Shown piece by piece: positions 11,086-22,955 of a stretch of DNA of 64,000 nt. The notes beneath the pieces are model-generated. The model saw only the letters and a program-made list of their open reading frames with translations, was not told the origin of the DNA and made no database searches. Made by a program: the position numbers and the translations under genes. The number at the start of each line of letters is the position of its first letter. Position 1 is the first letter of the stretch. This DNA comes from Gekko japonicus (taxonomy: Eukaryota): positions 39,920 to 103,919 of the forward strand of contig NW_015173153.1 in assembly GCF_001447785.1 (NCBI RefSeq). Reading direction: 5' to 3'.

Positions 11086-12494
11086 GAAAGTCTACATTTG
11101 GGCTGTATCAGAACAAACCCTGGTTAGAGGAGGGACACCCAGGAAGACTTGTGAGAAATGAAATTACTGCATGAGTATATACTTAATAGTAGATCTAGAC
11201 ATAGTAGATACATAATCAGTAAGTTCTAGCATGTCTTATGAAACTCCTGGAGTTCCTCAGAAAGCCAAAGAACTTGGAGTGGAGTAGGAGACCCTGTAAA
11301 CCCCACAGCTCAGCAAGTAAGGTGATTTTAAAGTGGGTGTGTGCTATCTAGTCACTCTGTATCTACTTACTAGGATTTACTGTGAAAATGTATATTTATG
11401 CTAAGGGTAAGTCTGATTTCTTTTACACACCCACATTCAGTATCTATTACCTTGATAAAGGACTGGAAGATCACTTGATTTATTAATGTTAAGCAATACT
11501 AGGAACAAACCCACTCATAGCAGTCTTAAGCAATCCCTGACCTGCTTTTCCTAAGGTCTTTTGCAAAGTTTTAAAAATTCCCATTTGCAAAAGACGGGAT
11601 GCACCTGACCTTGAGATCCATAGGGGTTAACCTACTCCGATTAAACTTTCCATGTTATTTCATTAAATAAAAACAGTTTTGACACCCAGAGACTAGGGCA
11701 TCCTAGAGATAATACAATAACCTTATGCAATCATTCCAAATTGAATTGCAATAATTCATTTAGGTGACCATACATATTTGTTATGTGTAATATGAATCAT
11801 AGCCAAATAAAATCAATAGAAATGTTTCTTGTTAATGAAGATATACTGGGCTGTTATATGTGGGTTTGGGGCTCAATACCACAGAAGTAGTATTTGGTAT
11901 TCTATATTTTATGATCTCATGAGACTTAAAAATGAAGCTAGCATTAGTTAAAATGATATTGTTTGCCATCTGGAAATTATGTCATACATTTTGTGTTCAC
12001 CTTGTCCTTTAAGTGCCTTTCTAAACCAGTGCCTAGAAAAAGAAGCGAGTAATATTTATGCATTATTTCTAAAATATGCAAGTGAAACCATAACAAAAGA
12101 CAACAATACCCCCAAACAGTTGTCACACTGGATATTATACCCCATTTATTTATTTTCTTACTCTTTCTGTGCCCATTTGGATGCTCTAGTGGTCCTCAAA
12201 TTGGCTTTCTACATAAAACAAAATAAAAAACAATGCTCCATTTGCATACTGGAAGATCCTGGAGTTTATGCCCATGTGTAGCCACCTGCTCTTATATTTC
12301 CCCCTCAGACCTGATTGTGGTCAAAGTTGAAATGTCCTTGCCATGATGCAGACTGCCTTGTCCCTCCTCCCTGGTTATGTTGGGTTGTATATGTGTACTA
12401 AGAATAAGGCTCGTTGTGGAAATAAATACAATGAGCTCTAGAAAGAGGCTGTGGTAGGGTGTCCTGGCCCTGGGCACTCAGTGTCAATTCGCTG

Positions 12495-13450
12495 TGGTGA
12501 CCTCAGCAGGGTATAATGACACAGAACTTACCATTTTCTCCAGGGGAACTGATCTCTGCCATCTGAAGAGCAGTTGTAATTCTGAGTAATCTCCAGTCCT
12601 CCCCTGGAGATTGGCAACAATGATTCCCCAGGAGGAAATGGCTGGTTTGGAGGCTTGAGTCTATGGTATTGTACCTGTCTCAGGACCCACCCCTCCTCAA
12701 ACCCCACCGTCTCCAGGCTCCACCCCTTAAATCTCCAGGAATTTCCCAACCTGGAGGTGGCAACCCTATTTCCTTCCCAGCCAATCATCAACGTACTATT
12801 ATCTACCCTTCTGACTTCAGCTTTCTATCTCCCACACACACACCTGCAGCCTCTAACTAGGAAAAGTAGTCTTTCTTTGCAGTGGGTACCCAATCAGGAG
12901 GGAAGCGACCTCAGCAGGGTATCATGACACAGAGTCCACCCTGCAAAGCAGCTGTTTTCTCCAGGGAAACTGATCTCTGCCATATGGAGAGCAGTTTTAA
13001 TTCTGAGTGACCTCCAGCCCTCACCTGGAGAATGGCAGCAATGGTTCCCCAGGAGGAAATGGCTGGTTTGGAGGGTGGAAAGCGGTTCAATAGCCAGTTA
13101 CAGGGTTGCCAACTCTGGGTTGGGAAATGCCTGTAGATTTGAGGGATAGAGACTGGGGAGGGCAGGGATTGGGGTGCGGAGGGACCTCAGTAGGGTATAA
13201 TTCCATGGAGTCCATTGCCCAAAGCAGCCATTTTCTCCAGGGGAACTGATCTTGGAGATCTCCAGGAGCTGCCTGGAGGCTGGCAATACTAAGGGGATGG
13301 CCAGACCTGTAGATTTGAGGGGTAGAGCCTGGGGAGGGCAGAGTTTGGAGTTTGGAGGGACTTCAGCAGGGTATAATGCCATAGAGTCCACTGCCCAAAG
13401 CAGCCATTGTAATAGCTGGGAAATTTTCTGTAGGGAAAATGACCTCTGTG
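12495..13450. mobile_element. Cluster of rearranged TAGGGTTGCC-type (hAT/Tip100-like) MITE fragments
   Basis: Repeated modules gacctcagcagggtataatg..ccattttctccaggggaactgatct in both orientations; ends ggcaacccta (~12760) and agggttgcca (~13102). Confidence 0.75.
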
Positions 13451-13631
13451 TTCTGACTGGCTATTGGGGGGAGAGGAACAGCAAACTGTTTAGAATATTG
13501 GAGGTGAGACTCAGGCAAGGCAGCCAGTGGATAGGGACAGGTTCTGAGTAACACATCATGGAGCCAACTGATTTGGGAGCATGTGGAATGTTCATGAAGT
13601 GCCACCCCAAAACACAATTATATATAAGGAG

Positions 13632-16180
13632 AGATGCATGGGATAGAGCAGGTAGAGAAAGAAATACTTTTCTCCCTTTCTTACAATACAGGAACTCATG
13701 GGCACTCAATGAAATTGCTGAGCAGTCAGGTTAGAACAGATAAAAGCTGGTTGGTCTGAGGTCCTAGCTGGTTACGACCAATTGTTTAGAATGATTTGGT
13801 CTATAACAGCTCTGCCACAGGGCAGACCAAACACTAGGGAATGGGACATTGGCTGTGAGGCATTTACAAGCTACTTCACGGATAAAGTCTTATCGCTTCG
13901 CCGCGACCTCCCCGCCCCAGTTGAAACAGTGAATCAGCTTGAGGCCCCAAGCACGTCTTCAGTCTCGGTTTTAGATCATTTCAGCCCACTCAGCCTGGAG
14001 GAAGTTGACAGATTGCTCTTGACTGTACATCTAACCACATGCAGCCTTGATCCGTGCCCTTCCTGGCTCATTAAAGCAGGCCATGAGCGGTTTCGAGGTG
14101 CCCTAAGGGAAATTATCAACAAGTCCCTCTTAGAGGGGCTGTTCCCGGGGGCACTCAAAGAAGCGATGCTCCACCCACTCCTAAAAAAAACAACTCTGGA
14201 CCCGGTGGAATTGGCGAATTACCAGCTTGTCTCCAATTTGCCCTATTTGGGCAAATTAATAGAGAGGCTTCATGGATGACACTTCCATGTTAGATCCCTT
14301 CCAGTCCGGCTTTCACCCAGGACATGGGATGGAGACAGCCCTGGTCGCTCTGACTGACGATCTCTGGAGGCATCTGGATTGGGGCAGTTTGGCAGTACTG
14401 TTGTTGTTGGACCTGTCGGCTGTGTTTGACACAGTCGACCATCAGTTGCTGCTTCACTGCCTCACCGACTTGGGCTTGCCTTGCAATGACTTGCTTCCTT
14501 TCTCCAAGGTTGGGGACAAAGGGTGGCACTAGGGAAGCAGCTGTCCAGGAGACACCCACTGGAGTGCGGAGTGTCTCAAGGGGCAGTGCTCTCCCCGATG
14601 CTATTTAACATCTATATGTGCCCCCCTTGCCCAGATACCCCAGAGCTATGGACTGGGATGTCACCAATATGCTGATGACACCCAGCTCTATCTGATGTTG
14701 GAAGTCCGGTTGACCTCCAGTCCTGAAGATCTAGACCGGGCATTACAGGCCATGGCTGGTTGGCTAAAGCTGAGTCGGCTGAAACTGAATCTGGCAAAGA
14801 TGGAGTCCTGTGTGTGAGCTGGGGCAGTGCACAGGTGGGCACTCCCGATCTTCGGTGGGGCACCACTGGTGCCAATGCCGGAGGTTAGGAGCTTCTGAGT
14901 GCTTTTGGATGCCTCCTTAACAATGGAGGCCCAGGTAGCAGCCACTGCTAAGTTGGCCTTTTACCATCTTCAGCTGATTAGGCAGTTGGTTCCCTTCCTC
15001 GACCGCAACGACCTAGCCACAGTGATCCATGTGACGGTCACCTCAAGACTAGACTACTGTAACGCTCTCTACATGAGGCTGCCCTTGTTGCAAATTCAAA
15101 AGCTGCAGCTAGTGCAGAATGTCGTGGCCAGGCTGCTGATGGGCTTACCTAGATGGGAGCACATCCAGCCTGTGCTGAAGGCCCTGCACTGGCTGCCAAT
15201 AGCATACCAAATTCGCTTCAAGGTGCTGGTGCTTACCTTTAAAGCCCTATATGGCCAGGGTCTGACATACCTAAGGGACCACCTTTCCCCACGTATACCC
15301 CAGAGAGCACTGTAGTCGGGGTCACAGAACCAGTTGACCTCCCGGGCCCCAAGGATGCCAGGCTCGCTGTGACGACGGCCAGGGCCTTTTCAGTGGTGGC
15401 TCCTTATTGGTGGAATGAGCTCCTGGAAGAGATTAGGGCCCTGCAGGATCTCCTACAGTTCCACAGCGCCTGCAAGACGGCGCTCTTCCACCGGGCCTTC
15501 GACTAGGAGCCGCCCCCACTATTACCATCAATGAGTCCGGCCCTCAGCTTTAACATCTGGCTCACACCATCAAGTGACTCAGGATGACACTGAGCCATAA
15601 TTCAGCAGTTGTAGACATCTCTAGCACACCACCACAAGCAAATAACTGTATAACTAATAGCACTTTATGATTTTAGGAATTTATCTGTATTGTACTGTTT
15701 TACAATGTTTTATGGTTTTATTGGCAATTGGTGCCAATGCTGTAAGCCGCCCTGAGCCCACTCGCGGGGAGAGTGGGGTATAAATTGAATTAATAAAATA
15801 AAAAAATAAATAATAAAAGGAAGTACTTATTCACCCAAAGAGTGATTAGCGCATGGAAATCATTGCCACAGGAGGTGGTGGCAGCTACAAGCATGGACAG
15901 CTTCAAGAGGGAATTAGATAAACATATGGAACAGAGGTCCATCAGTGGCTATATCCACAAGGTATAGATAGGAATGCTCAGTCTGGGGCAAGTGATGCAC
16001 TGTATTCTTGGTGCTTGCAGGGGGCAACAGTGGGAGGGCTTCTAGTGTCCTGGACCCACTGCTGGACCTCCTGATGGCACCTGGTATTTTTGGCCACTGT
16101 GTGACAGAGTGTTGGACTGGATGGGCCTTTGGCCTGATCCAACTTTGGCTTCTCTTATGTTATGTTCTTATGTTCTTATG
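13632..16180 (+). mobile_element. CR1 LINE 3' fragment, split by an L2 insertion (13632-13746 and 15820-16180)
   Basis: RT C-terminus (RTHGHSMKL..VRTDKRKY.FTQRVI..W.SLPQEVV) reads through across the insertion; 3' tail (TTATGTTC)n. Confidence 0.85.
13747..15812 (+). mobile_element. 5'-truncated L2 LINE with intact 3' end
   Basis: RT motifs DLSAVFDTVDH, QYADDTQLYL, SRLDYCNALY, LHWLPIAYQIRFKVLVLTFKAL; 3' end tgtaagccgccctgag...(AATA)n; flanked by ataaaag at 13740-13746 and 15813-15819. Confidence 0.92.
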
Positions 16181-16516
16181 TTCTTCATATCTAACCCAGG
16201 TTCCCTGTGCAAATGACATTAGTTTGGTATACATATGTGGGTTCACTTGCATTGATTTTTAGCAAGTTTATAAAACCAAGATTCAGCTGATAATTCAAAC
16301 GCTGGTTTGCCTTGACAAATTCTGGTTCCTTTCTTTCTGATTTCTTTTCCCCCTGCCTCCCCAGTACATACCCATCTGTAATCCTAGTACAGGATTGCTC
16401 TGCAAATTGTGTATATTGCCTTGTTCAAAGCTCTGAATTAGGATATCACAACTGATTCAAGAGTTGACTGTAACCATTCAAAAAATAAAAGCTTCTTCAG
16501 TCTTTCGGTGACCCCA

Positions 16517-16913
16517 TGTCAGGACCCACAGCCAAACAATGGAGCACACACTTCCAAGAAAGGTTTTGCTTTATTGTCAGTACTATGGTTGCAGTAACAT
16601 GGTCACTGCTAGGAATGACGAGCAAGGAACAAGCTCGCAATGATATAGAAGATTCAAGAGGTCCCCCTCCCACCTGTGGTCCAATCGCCCCTTTTCCCAC
16701 AGGCGGGAAAAAGTAACTGATGACCCAACTGATCCCAGGCTGAGAAACGAAACTAGTCTCATGGTTAATTAAAGTGGAGACACTACACAGGCAGGAGTAC
16801 AAGGTCAGAGATAACAAGGGGAGAAGCAAGAGGGAAGGAATGTGGCACCAGCTTGTATACAGGTCAGGCAGGCGAACTCTAGGCCCATAAACAATATGGC
16901 AGCATAGCTGACA
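16517..16913 (-). mobile_element. Solo LTR (Gypsy/ERV-type)
   Basis: TG...CA ends with tgtcag/ctgaca inverted termini; perfect 5-bp TSD cccca (16512-16516, 16914-16918); AATAAA on the minus strand at ~16570. Confidence 0.85.
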
Positions 16914-17019
16914 CCCCATTCACCTCAAATAATGGGAAGTACCATTTTAAACTTTAAAAAATGGTAATAATTTAAAAAGAAGAAACTGAAAATGGTGTTT
17001 AGAAGTAACAATTGAAATA

Positions 17020-17232
17020 AATGTCGGGACGTGGTCCGTCATCTTTTTTTTGGGGGGGGGGGGTTGGAACTGAAGATCATCGAGCACCTTAATTGTAATT
17101 GTATTGGTTTTAAATTGTATAATATGTTTTAATTATTGGAATAGTATGTTTTTATTTGCAAGATTTCTTGCCCTGTAAGCCGGGGAGGGCGGGATATAAA
17201 TCTGATAAATAAATAAATAAATAAATAAATAT
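17020..17232 (+). mobile_element. L2 3' UTR/tail fragment
   Basis: tgtaagccggggagggcgggatataaat followed by (TAAA)n. Confidence 0.65.
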
Positions 17233-17825
17233 TTGGGAATATGGCCAGGTGTTTAATGTATAAAAAGCAGAGACACAGCCTGCCTGAACTCCACACTTTC
17301 TGACCTGTCCATATTCTTACTTAGAACAAAACCTTTAGCAGTTGATCAATGAAGAAGAAGATGTACACTATACAATTTAATGCTAGGGCCACAATCCTGT
17401 GCAAACTTACCTGGAGTAAGTCCCATTAAAGACAATGGGACTTATTTCCCAGAAAGCAGACATCAGAAGCTTTAAGAGGCTGCTCTGCTGACCTGCTCAG
17501 GCCCCAGGAGGACCAAGTCACTGCTCACCTCCTCCTCCTCCTCCTGTCTACTCCAGAGCACAGCCTGCTGCAGGAGCCCTCCCTCCCTCCCTCCCTCCCT
17601 GCCTCCCTGCTGCCTCTGAAAGCAGTCCCTGCCTCAATGGTGCCTGGGCAGGGCTGTCCACCACGGGAGTCCCCTCCACCCAGCCTGCAAGTCCCTCTGG
17701 AGCAGGTGAGTGTGTGGGTGGTGTCGCCATCCCCTGAGAGAAGCATTGCTTTGGATCTTCTAATCTAGAATTCTGTTCCAACAGTAATCCTCGACATGTT
17801 GTTGTCCCCTGCATCTGGCAATCAT

Positions 17826-18056
17826 AAGGTAAAGGTTTCCCTTGCTCGAAAGCCAGTCAAATCCGACTCTAGGGATGTTATGCTCATCTCCGTTTCCAAG
17901 CCGAAGAGCCAGCGCTGTCTGAAGGCATTTCTGTGGTCATGTGGCTGGCATGACTAGATGCCGAGGCACATGGAACGCTGTTACCTTCCCACCGAAATGG
18001 TACCTTTTTATCTACTTGCAATTTCTTGCTTGCGAACTGCTAGGTTGACAGGAGCT
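17826..18056 (-). mobile_element. Sauria SINE, 5'-truncated
   Basis: (AAAGGT)n tail and body colinear with the full copy at 63260-63607. Confidence 0.88.
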
Positions 18057-18057
18057 G

Positions 18058-18437
18058 TCAGGCATTCCCCAGCCATACGTATCCCGTCATAGGACGCCTT
18101 GGAGCCGGGTTAAAAAGGCACCACATCACAAAGTGGTGTTTTCGGTTCCCCGCGCAGTGATTGCACATGGCTGGATGTTTGAACGTGGGGGAGTGTGCAC
18201 AGAACGGATTTGGCATTCTGAACCTGCAGATCCATTCTGCCGCTTCTGAGGGGGTTTTTTTGGCAGTGCGCTCTGTGGCTGAGGTACTGCAATAAGGGGG
18301 ATGCTTTACCACAGGATGTCTCCATGGGTAACCTGCAGCAGGATGTGCTGTGTGACTGATATGCCCCGCAACACTTTCAACCGATTCAATTAGAGGCAGC
18401 CCTATATCGCGCCAAACCACCAGTGTGGCCACAGCCA
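18058..18437. mobile_element. PIF/Harbinger-like MITE remnant
   Basis: Ends agtgtggccacagcc; shares cccgtcatagg with the element at 22384; CpG-richer than the flanks. Confidence 0.45.
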
Positions 18438-18586
18438 TGGAACAACCACATAGAAAATATGGGACTGCAATGAGTTGACCAAAGCATTATCAAGAGTGTT
18501 CAAATCATGGTAATTGCATACTGCTCAGGTAGTCTGGATAGGACGTTGGAGGAAAAGAAAAAAAACCATCCTTTATAAAGTGATAT

Positions 18587-18926
18587 AAAGGTAAAGGTAA
18601 AGGTTCCCTTGCTCGAAAGCCAGTCGAATCCGACTCTAGGGTTGCGGTGCTCATCTCCGTTTCAAAGCCGAAGAGCCAGCGCTGTCCGAAGATGTTTCTG
18701 TGGTCACGTGGCCTGCATGGCTAAACACCAAGGCGCACGGAACGCTGTTACCTTCCCACCGAAGTGGTACCTGTTTATCTACTTGCAATTTCTTGCTTGC
18801 GAACTGCTAGGTTGACAGGAGCTGGGATGGGAGCTCACTCCGTCATGCAGCATTTGGGTCTTGAACTGCTGAACTACCGACCTTCCGGTCTGCAGTTCAG
18901 CATCTTAACTACTTGAGCCACCGCAG
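18587..18926 (-). mobile_element. Sauria SINE, near full length
   Basis: (AAAGGT)3 tail through to the tRNA-like head cttgagccaccgcag; near-identical to 63260-63607. Confidence 0.92.
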
Positions 18927-19889
18927 GTACAAATCATATTACCCTTTAATTTGGAGGCTCCTTTTAGATGTTCCGTTGAATAGCCATTGAAAAATGCATC
19001 CTCTCTTTTTAATTCTGTTGTTATAAATTAGAAGTAATCACTGTATTTATGGTAATAATTTGCATAAATTAATCACATGCTGTGCTAATTACTACTGCTA
19101 CCACTCCCACAGCATTTCTGGTATAAAATAGTTAACAGTTATTACTGTATTTATGTACATGTTCCAAAAGTAATACATGATGTTTTAGAAAAGAATACAA
19201 AGAAAACATTTTGTATGGAGACTGAAATTAATGCACTTTTTTCAAATCTCATTTTTTGTAGTTCTGATAAATCTACAGATTGAATCATTTCTCCTTTGAG
19301 AATGGAACATGGATGAAATAAATCCATATTCAGCACTTGTCCTACACTGGACAGTTCCCCAAAATGACAGTGGCTATTGACAGGAGCATGGGCCTAAGGA
19401 AGTATATCTGCTATTGGAAGCCTTTCACACAACACTTGTGTAAATTCCTTATTAAGACTTAAATGTAACTGGAATAACATGGTATCCAGTTCACTGAGTT
19501 CAGTCCCATTCCACTCTTTAAAAAGAAACTAACTGGTCTGGCAAATACAGTGCTCCTTCCCACACCAGACTCACCCCTCCCTAGGATCCAGGTAATGCTG
19601 GCACAGGACAGAAGCAATAATACTGATGGTCCATGAGGTTTCTCCTCACAAATATTACCATTTGTTGCAGCATAGCTCTTCTCACTGTGCTCCAGTAATG
19701 TATCAATCAGGATGGCTTGAAGTCCAGTTGTACACAGTGGGCCACACTGGCTTCAGGATAACTTAAAATGTACTGTCATCCTGATCCCAAGCCACTTGTG
19801 GGAATCCTCTTCCCCATTTATTTCAGTGGGAGAAGTTAATCCATGTACACAATGAATCGCTCCTGTGAATTGTGCCTCTGTTGAAATAA

Positions 19890-20066
19890 AGTAGTGTGTG
19901 GAGAGGTTTGACTGGGATTGAGGGGATCCAGAATCAAACCTGGGTGGCTTTGGTCAAGTAACTCTTTCTCAGCCTAACCTACCACACACGGCTGTTGTGA
20001 AGACAACACAGAGGGAACCATGTACACTGTCCTGGGTTCTTTGAAGAAAAAGTGGGTTTAAAATGT
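19890..20066 (+). mobile_element. Old Ther1/MIR-derived (Squam3-like) SINE
   Basis: ctctcagcctaacctacc.cac..gg.tgttgtga core. Confidence 0.6.
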
Positions 20067-20931
20067 AAGAAAGGGAGAAATTAATATGGAAATTTATAGC
20101 TGTGTATGTTCTATGTACTTATAACAATGGCTGCATTCCTAAGAGATTACTAGATCAGGGTATATGACTAAAAATGCAAAGTGGACTTCAGGAGTGAATC
20201 TTAATTACAAAGAGAGGAAACAAAGATTGCAATTAGTAATTCCATTTAAATCCATAGGTGGAGAGAACAGATTAAGCAGACCTGAAGTTAAATTAAACAG
20301 GTTCAGCACACTAAAACTCTTTGGTTTAATGTATTTGCAAACTTTAGGCACATTCTTACATAAGTGGCTAAAAATCCTCATCCATCTAGCGTATTTATTA
20401 GATGCAAACTACAAAGTCAGAGTCTTATTAATTAGCTGAGATCCAGACTTTCTAGAACAAATGTAGTGAGGGTCTGCTTCTGATGCCAAAGAGAGAACAA
20501 GATTTGTTTCAGTCGTTATGAAGTGCACACATGTTAAGCTGTGCCAAGTCAAACTGGCTGGTCACCAGCTCCGATTTAAGTATTAAATGAATTTAGGAAG
20601 ACTTTCAATCTTTAGAAGATTTCTGTGCTCCAAAACAATTAACTTCCAGAAAAAGAAGAATCATTTTGAAATATTTGTTTTTGCTTCAAAAGTCCAGTGT
20701 TAGACCTCTGATTAACTTCTGCATCTAGTTCCAAGAGCCATGTCACAGAACTCAGCAATCCTAAAAAGTAAAAGCAAACTGGAAGCCAAGTAATGCCGAC
20801 TGTAGCCAAAAGCTGGGCTAAAAATATAGGCTGTATTGTACCCAATTCATATCTTGGCATAGCCATGAATTCACTAGCTGGTCTCAGTTAAGCTGCCCCA
20901 ATCCTCCCATCTGCATTATACACATGGTATC

Positions 20932-21134
20932 GCTGACCTGGATGGCTCAGGCTAGTTCAGTCTTGTAAAATCTTGGAAGCTAAGCAGGGTTGGCCCCAGA
21001 TAGTATTTGGATGGGAGACCAGCAAGGAAGTCCAGGGTCTCAACACAGAGGTAAGCAACCTCCTCTGAATGTTACTTGCCTTGAAAACCCTATGGGGTTG
21101 CCATAAATCAGCTGTGATTTGACGGCACTTTCCC
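20932..21134 (+). mobile_element. 5S rRNA-derived SINE with RTE-type 3' tail
   Basis: 5S internal promoter region atcttggaagctaagcagggttgg...tagtatttggatgggagacc; tail ggggttgccataaatcagctgtgatttgacggcac. Confidence 0.8.
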
Positions 21135-21339
21135 CAATGTTCCCTCTAAGCTGAGTTAGTGTGAGCTAGTTCACAATTTTTTAGCCTCGGCTCACACATT
21201 TCTGTCTTACCTCAGGAAGGATGGCTCCAGAGCAAACGAATGTATGCAGTAGCGGAATCGCTCACTCACAACTTTAATGCCAGTAGCTCACAAAGCGGAA
21301 TTTTTGCTCACAAGACTCCACAGCTTAGAGAAACCATTG
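21135..21339. mobile_element. hAT MITE (CAGTGTTCCCTCTAAG-type TIR) inserted in the tail of the 5S SINE
   Basis: Ends caatgttccctctaag / cttagagaaaccattg; imperfect TSD ctttccc / ctttccac; same family as 63741-63921. Confidence 0.8.
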
Positions 21340-21847
21340 CTTTCCACCACCACATCACTGACATGTTTTACAGAATTGTAGTGAGGATTACTATATGGGT
21401 ACAAAGTGCTTTGAATGCTCAAAACTGCTATATAAAGTCCAGGTATTATTATATGTAGCCACTTGGCATCGTATGGGCTTCCTGTGTATCATGTATCAGT
21501 AACGGCAGCAATGGCGAACAGTGACAGCGGGACAGCCTGGCGACCCAGTGAGCATGCGGAACCTGGACGGAGGCAGAGCTACAAAGGCGCAGTGACGTGC
21601 AGCACGGCGGAGCCAATCGGACAGAGCCGAGGCTGCGGCCAGCGCGTGGCTGCGCTCTAGGGGGAAGCCGTCGGAAAGAAGCCGCTGAACTACCAGCTCC
21701 AAGGCGCCAGAGAAGAGAACGCTGGAACAACATCTATACCCGAAGCCTGCCGGAATACAACAACAACAAAGAGCCGCTCTGCTACTTGGGTGCTGGTAGG
21801 TAGTCACCTCCGCTGTTAATGTGGCCCTAGACAGGAAATATAATCAT

Positions 21848-21918
21848 ATGTAAACCGCTCAGAGACCCTTGCAAAAAAAAGGGGGTTGAGCGGTATAGAA
21901 GCAATAAATAAATAAATA
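21848..21918 (+). mobile_element. L2-type 3' tail
   Basis: tgtaaaccgctcagaga...gagcggtata...(AAAT)n. Confidence 0.6.
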
Positions 21919-22383
21919 TACAGTCTAATCAACATTTTTAGAAAAATCTCTAAGGTACAAGAGTAATAAAACATTTTTAAAATCTCTTTAATATACTCTT
22001 TTATTGTGTCTGATTATTATAATATACGCATTGCTCTAAACATTAATAAATAGTAATGTTTTAGCATCACTGATTTATTTATTTATTTATTACTATCCTT
22101 CTTGTTTTAGTCTATGGACTATGGGCAAAACTAATAGTGATAACTATATCAATAAAACATTGATTTATTTTGAAATGAAAAGATAAAACATTTGAAATTA
22201 GTGGTCATTTCTCCAAGAACCCTGTTTGATGTTCTCAATCTTTGAAAATCCACCCAGTTCTGCTGATCAGCTTTTATCATGGGGGTGATAGCTTTAGCTC
22301 AAAGATAAATAAATATTGCATCTGTTGCTCAAAGTTAAATAAATATTGTAGTGTGAAGGTTTTCTATGGTCTAACCACCAATG

Positions 22384-22955
22384 GGCGTGATCTCACGCAC
22401 AATTAGCCCCGTCATAGGCACAAATGCCAGGTGGATTTAAAGGCCACAATCAGACACGAACATCTGGGAAGCGCCACGCACCTGTCAGTAACCTATTTTG
22501 CTCCACCGCAGAAGCAGAGTAAAAAGACAACAGGGAAAATGGGTCGCGATGGGCCATGGACAGACTTTCCCCTGTCTGATCACTCCATCACACTCTCAGG
22601 GCATCAGGATGGTCTGATGAGGCCATCCCGACTCTGTGCCAGTCCCCCCCTCTCAGTATGTAAAGGTAAAGGTTCCCTTGCTCAAAAGCCAGTCGAGTCC
22701 GACTCTAGGGTTGCGGTGCTCATCTCCGTTTCAAAGCTGAAGAGCCAGCGCTGTCTGAAGACGTTTCCGTGGTCATGTGGCCAGCATGACTAAACACCAA
22801 GGTGCACGGAACGCTGTTACCAGTATGTGCATCATCGCAAACTCCATAGGGAGCCCTCAGTGAGGAGAAGCGATTCATCAATTCCTCGCGGACGCACATT
22901 AGAAACAAAGGCAAAAAAAAACCCCTGACTCACTCGTGGTTGCGTCTGATCATGC
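22384..22955. mobile_element. Harbinger-like MITE carrying a nested Sauria SINE
   Basis: Imperfect TIR gcgtgatctcacgca / tgcgtctgatcatgc. Confidence 0.55.
22662..22820 (-). mobile_element. 5'-truncated Sauria SINE
   Basis: Tail and 3' body present; perfect 8-bp TSD cagtatgt (22654-22661, 22821-22828). Confidence 0.9.

Noticed and set aside
12495-13450. CRISPR-like or regularly spaced repeat array
   Set aside because: Eukaryotic DNA; the repeats are irregular MITE fragments in mixed orientation with no unique equal-length spacers
20950-21040. 5S rRNA gene
   Set aside because: Diverged, has the wrong 5' end and is fused to a retroposon tail; it is a SINE (same for ~37250-37357 and ~49830-49917)
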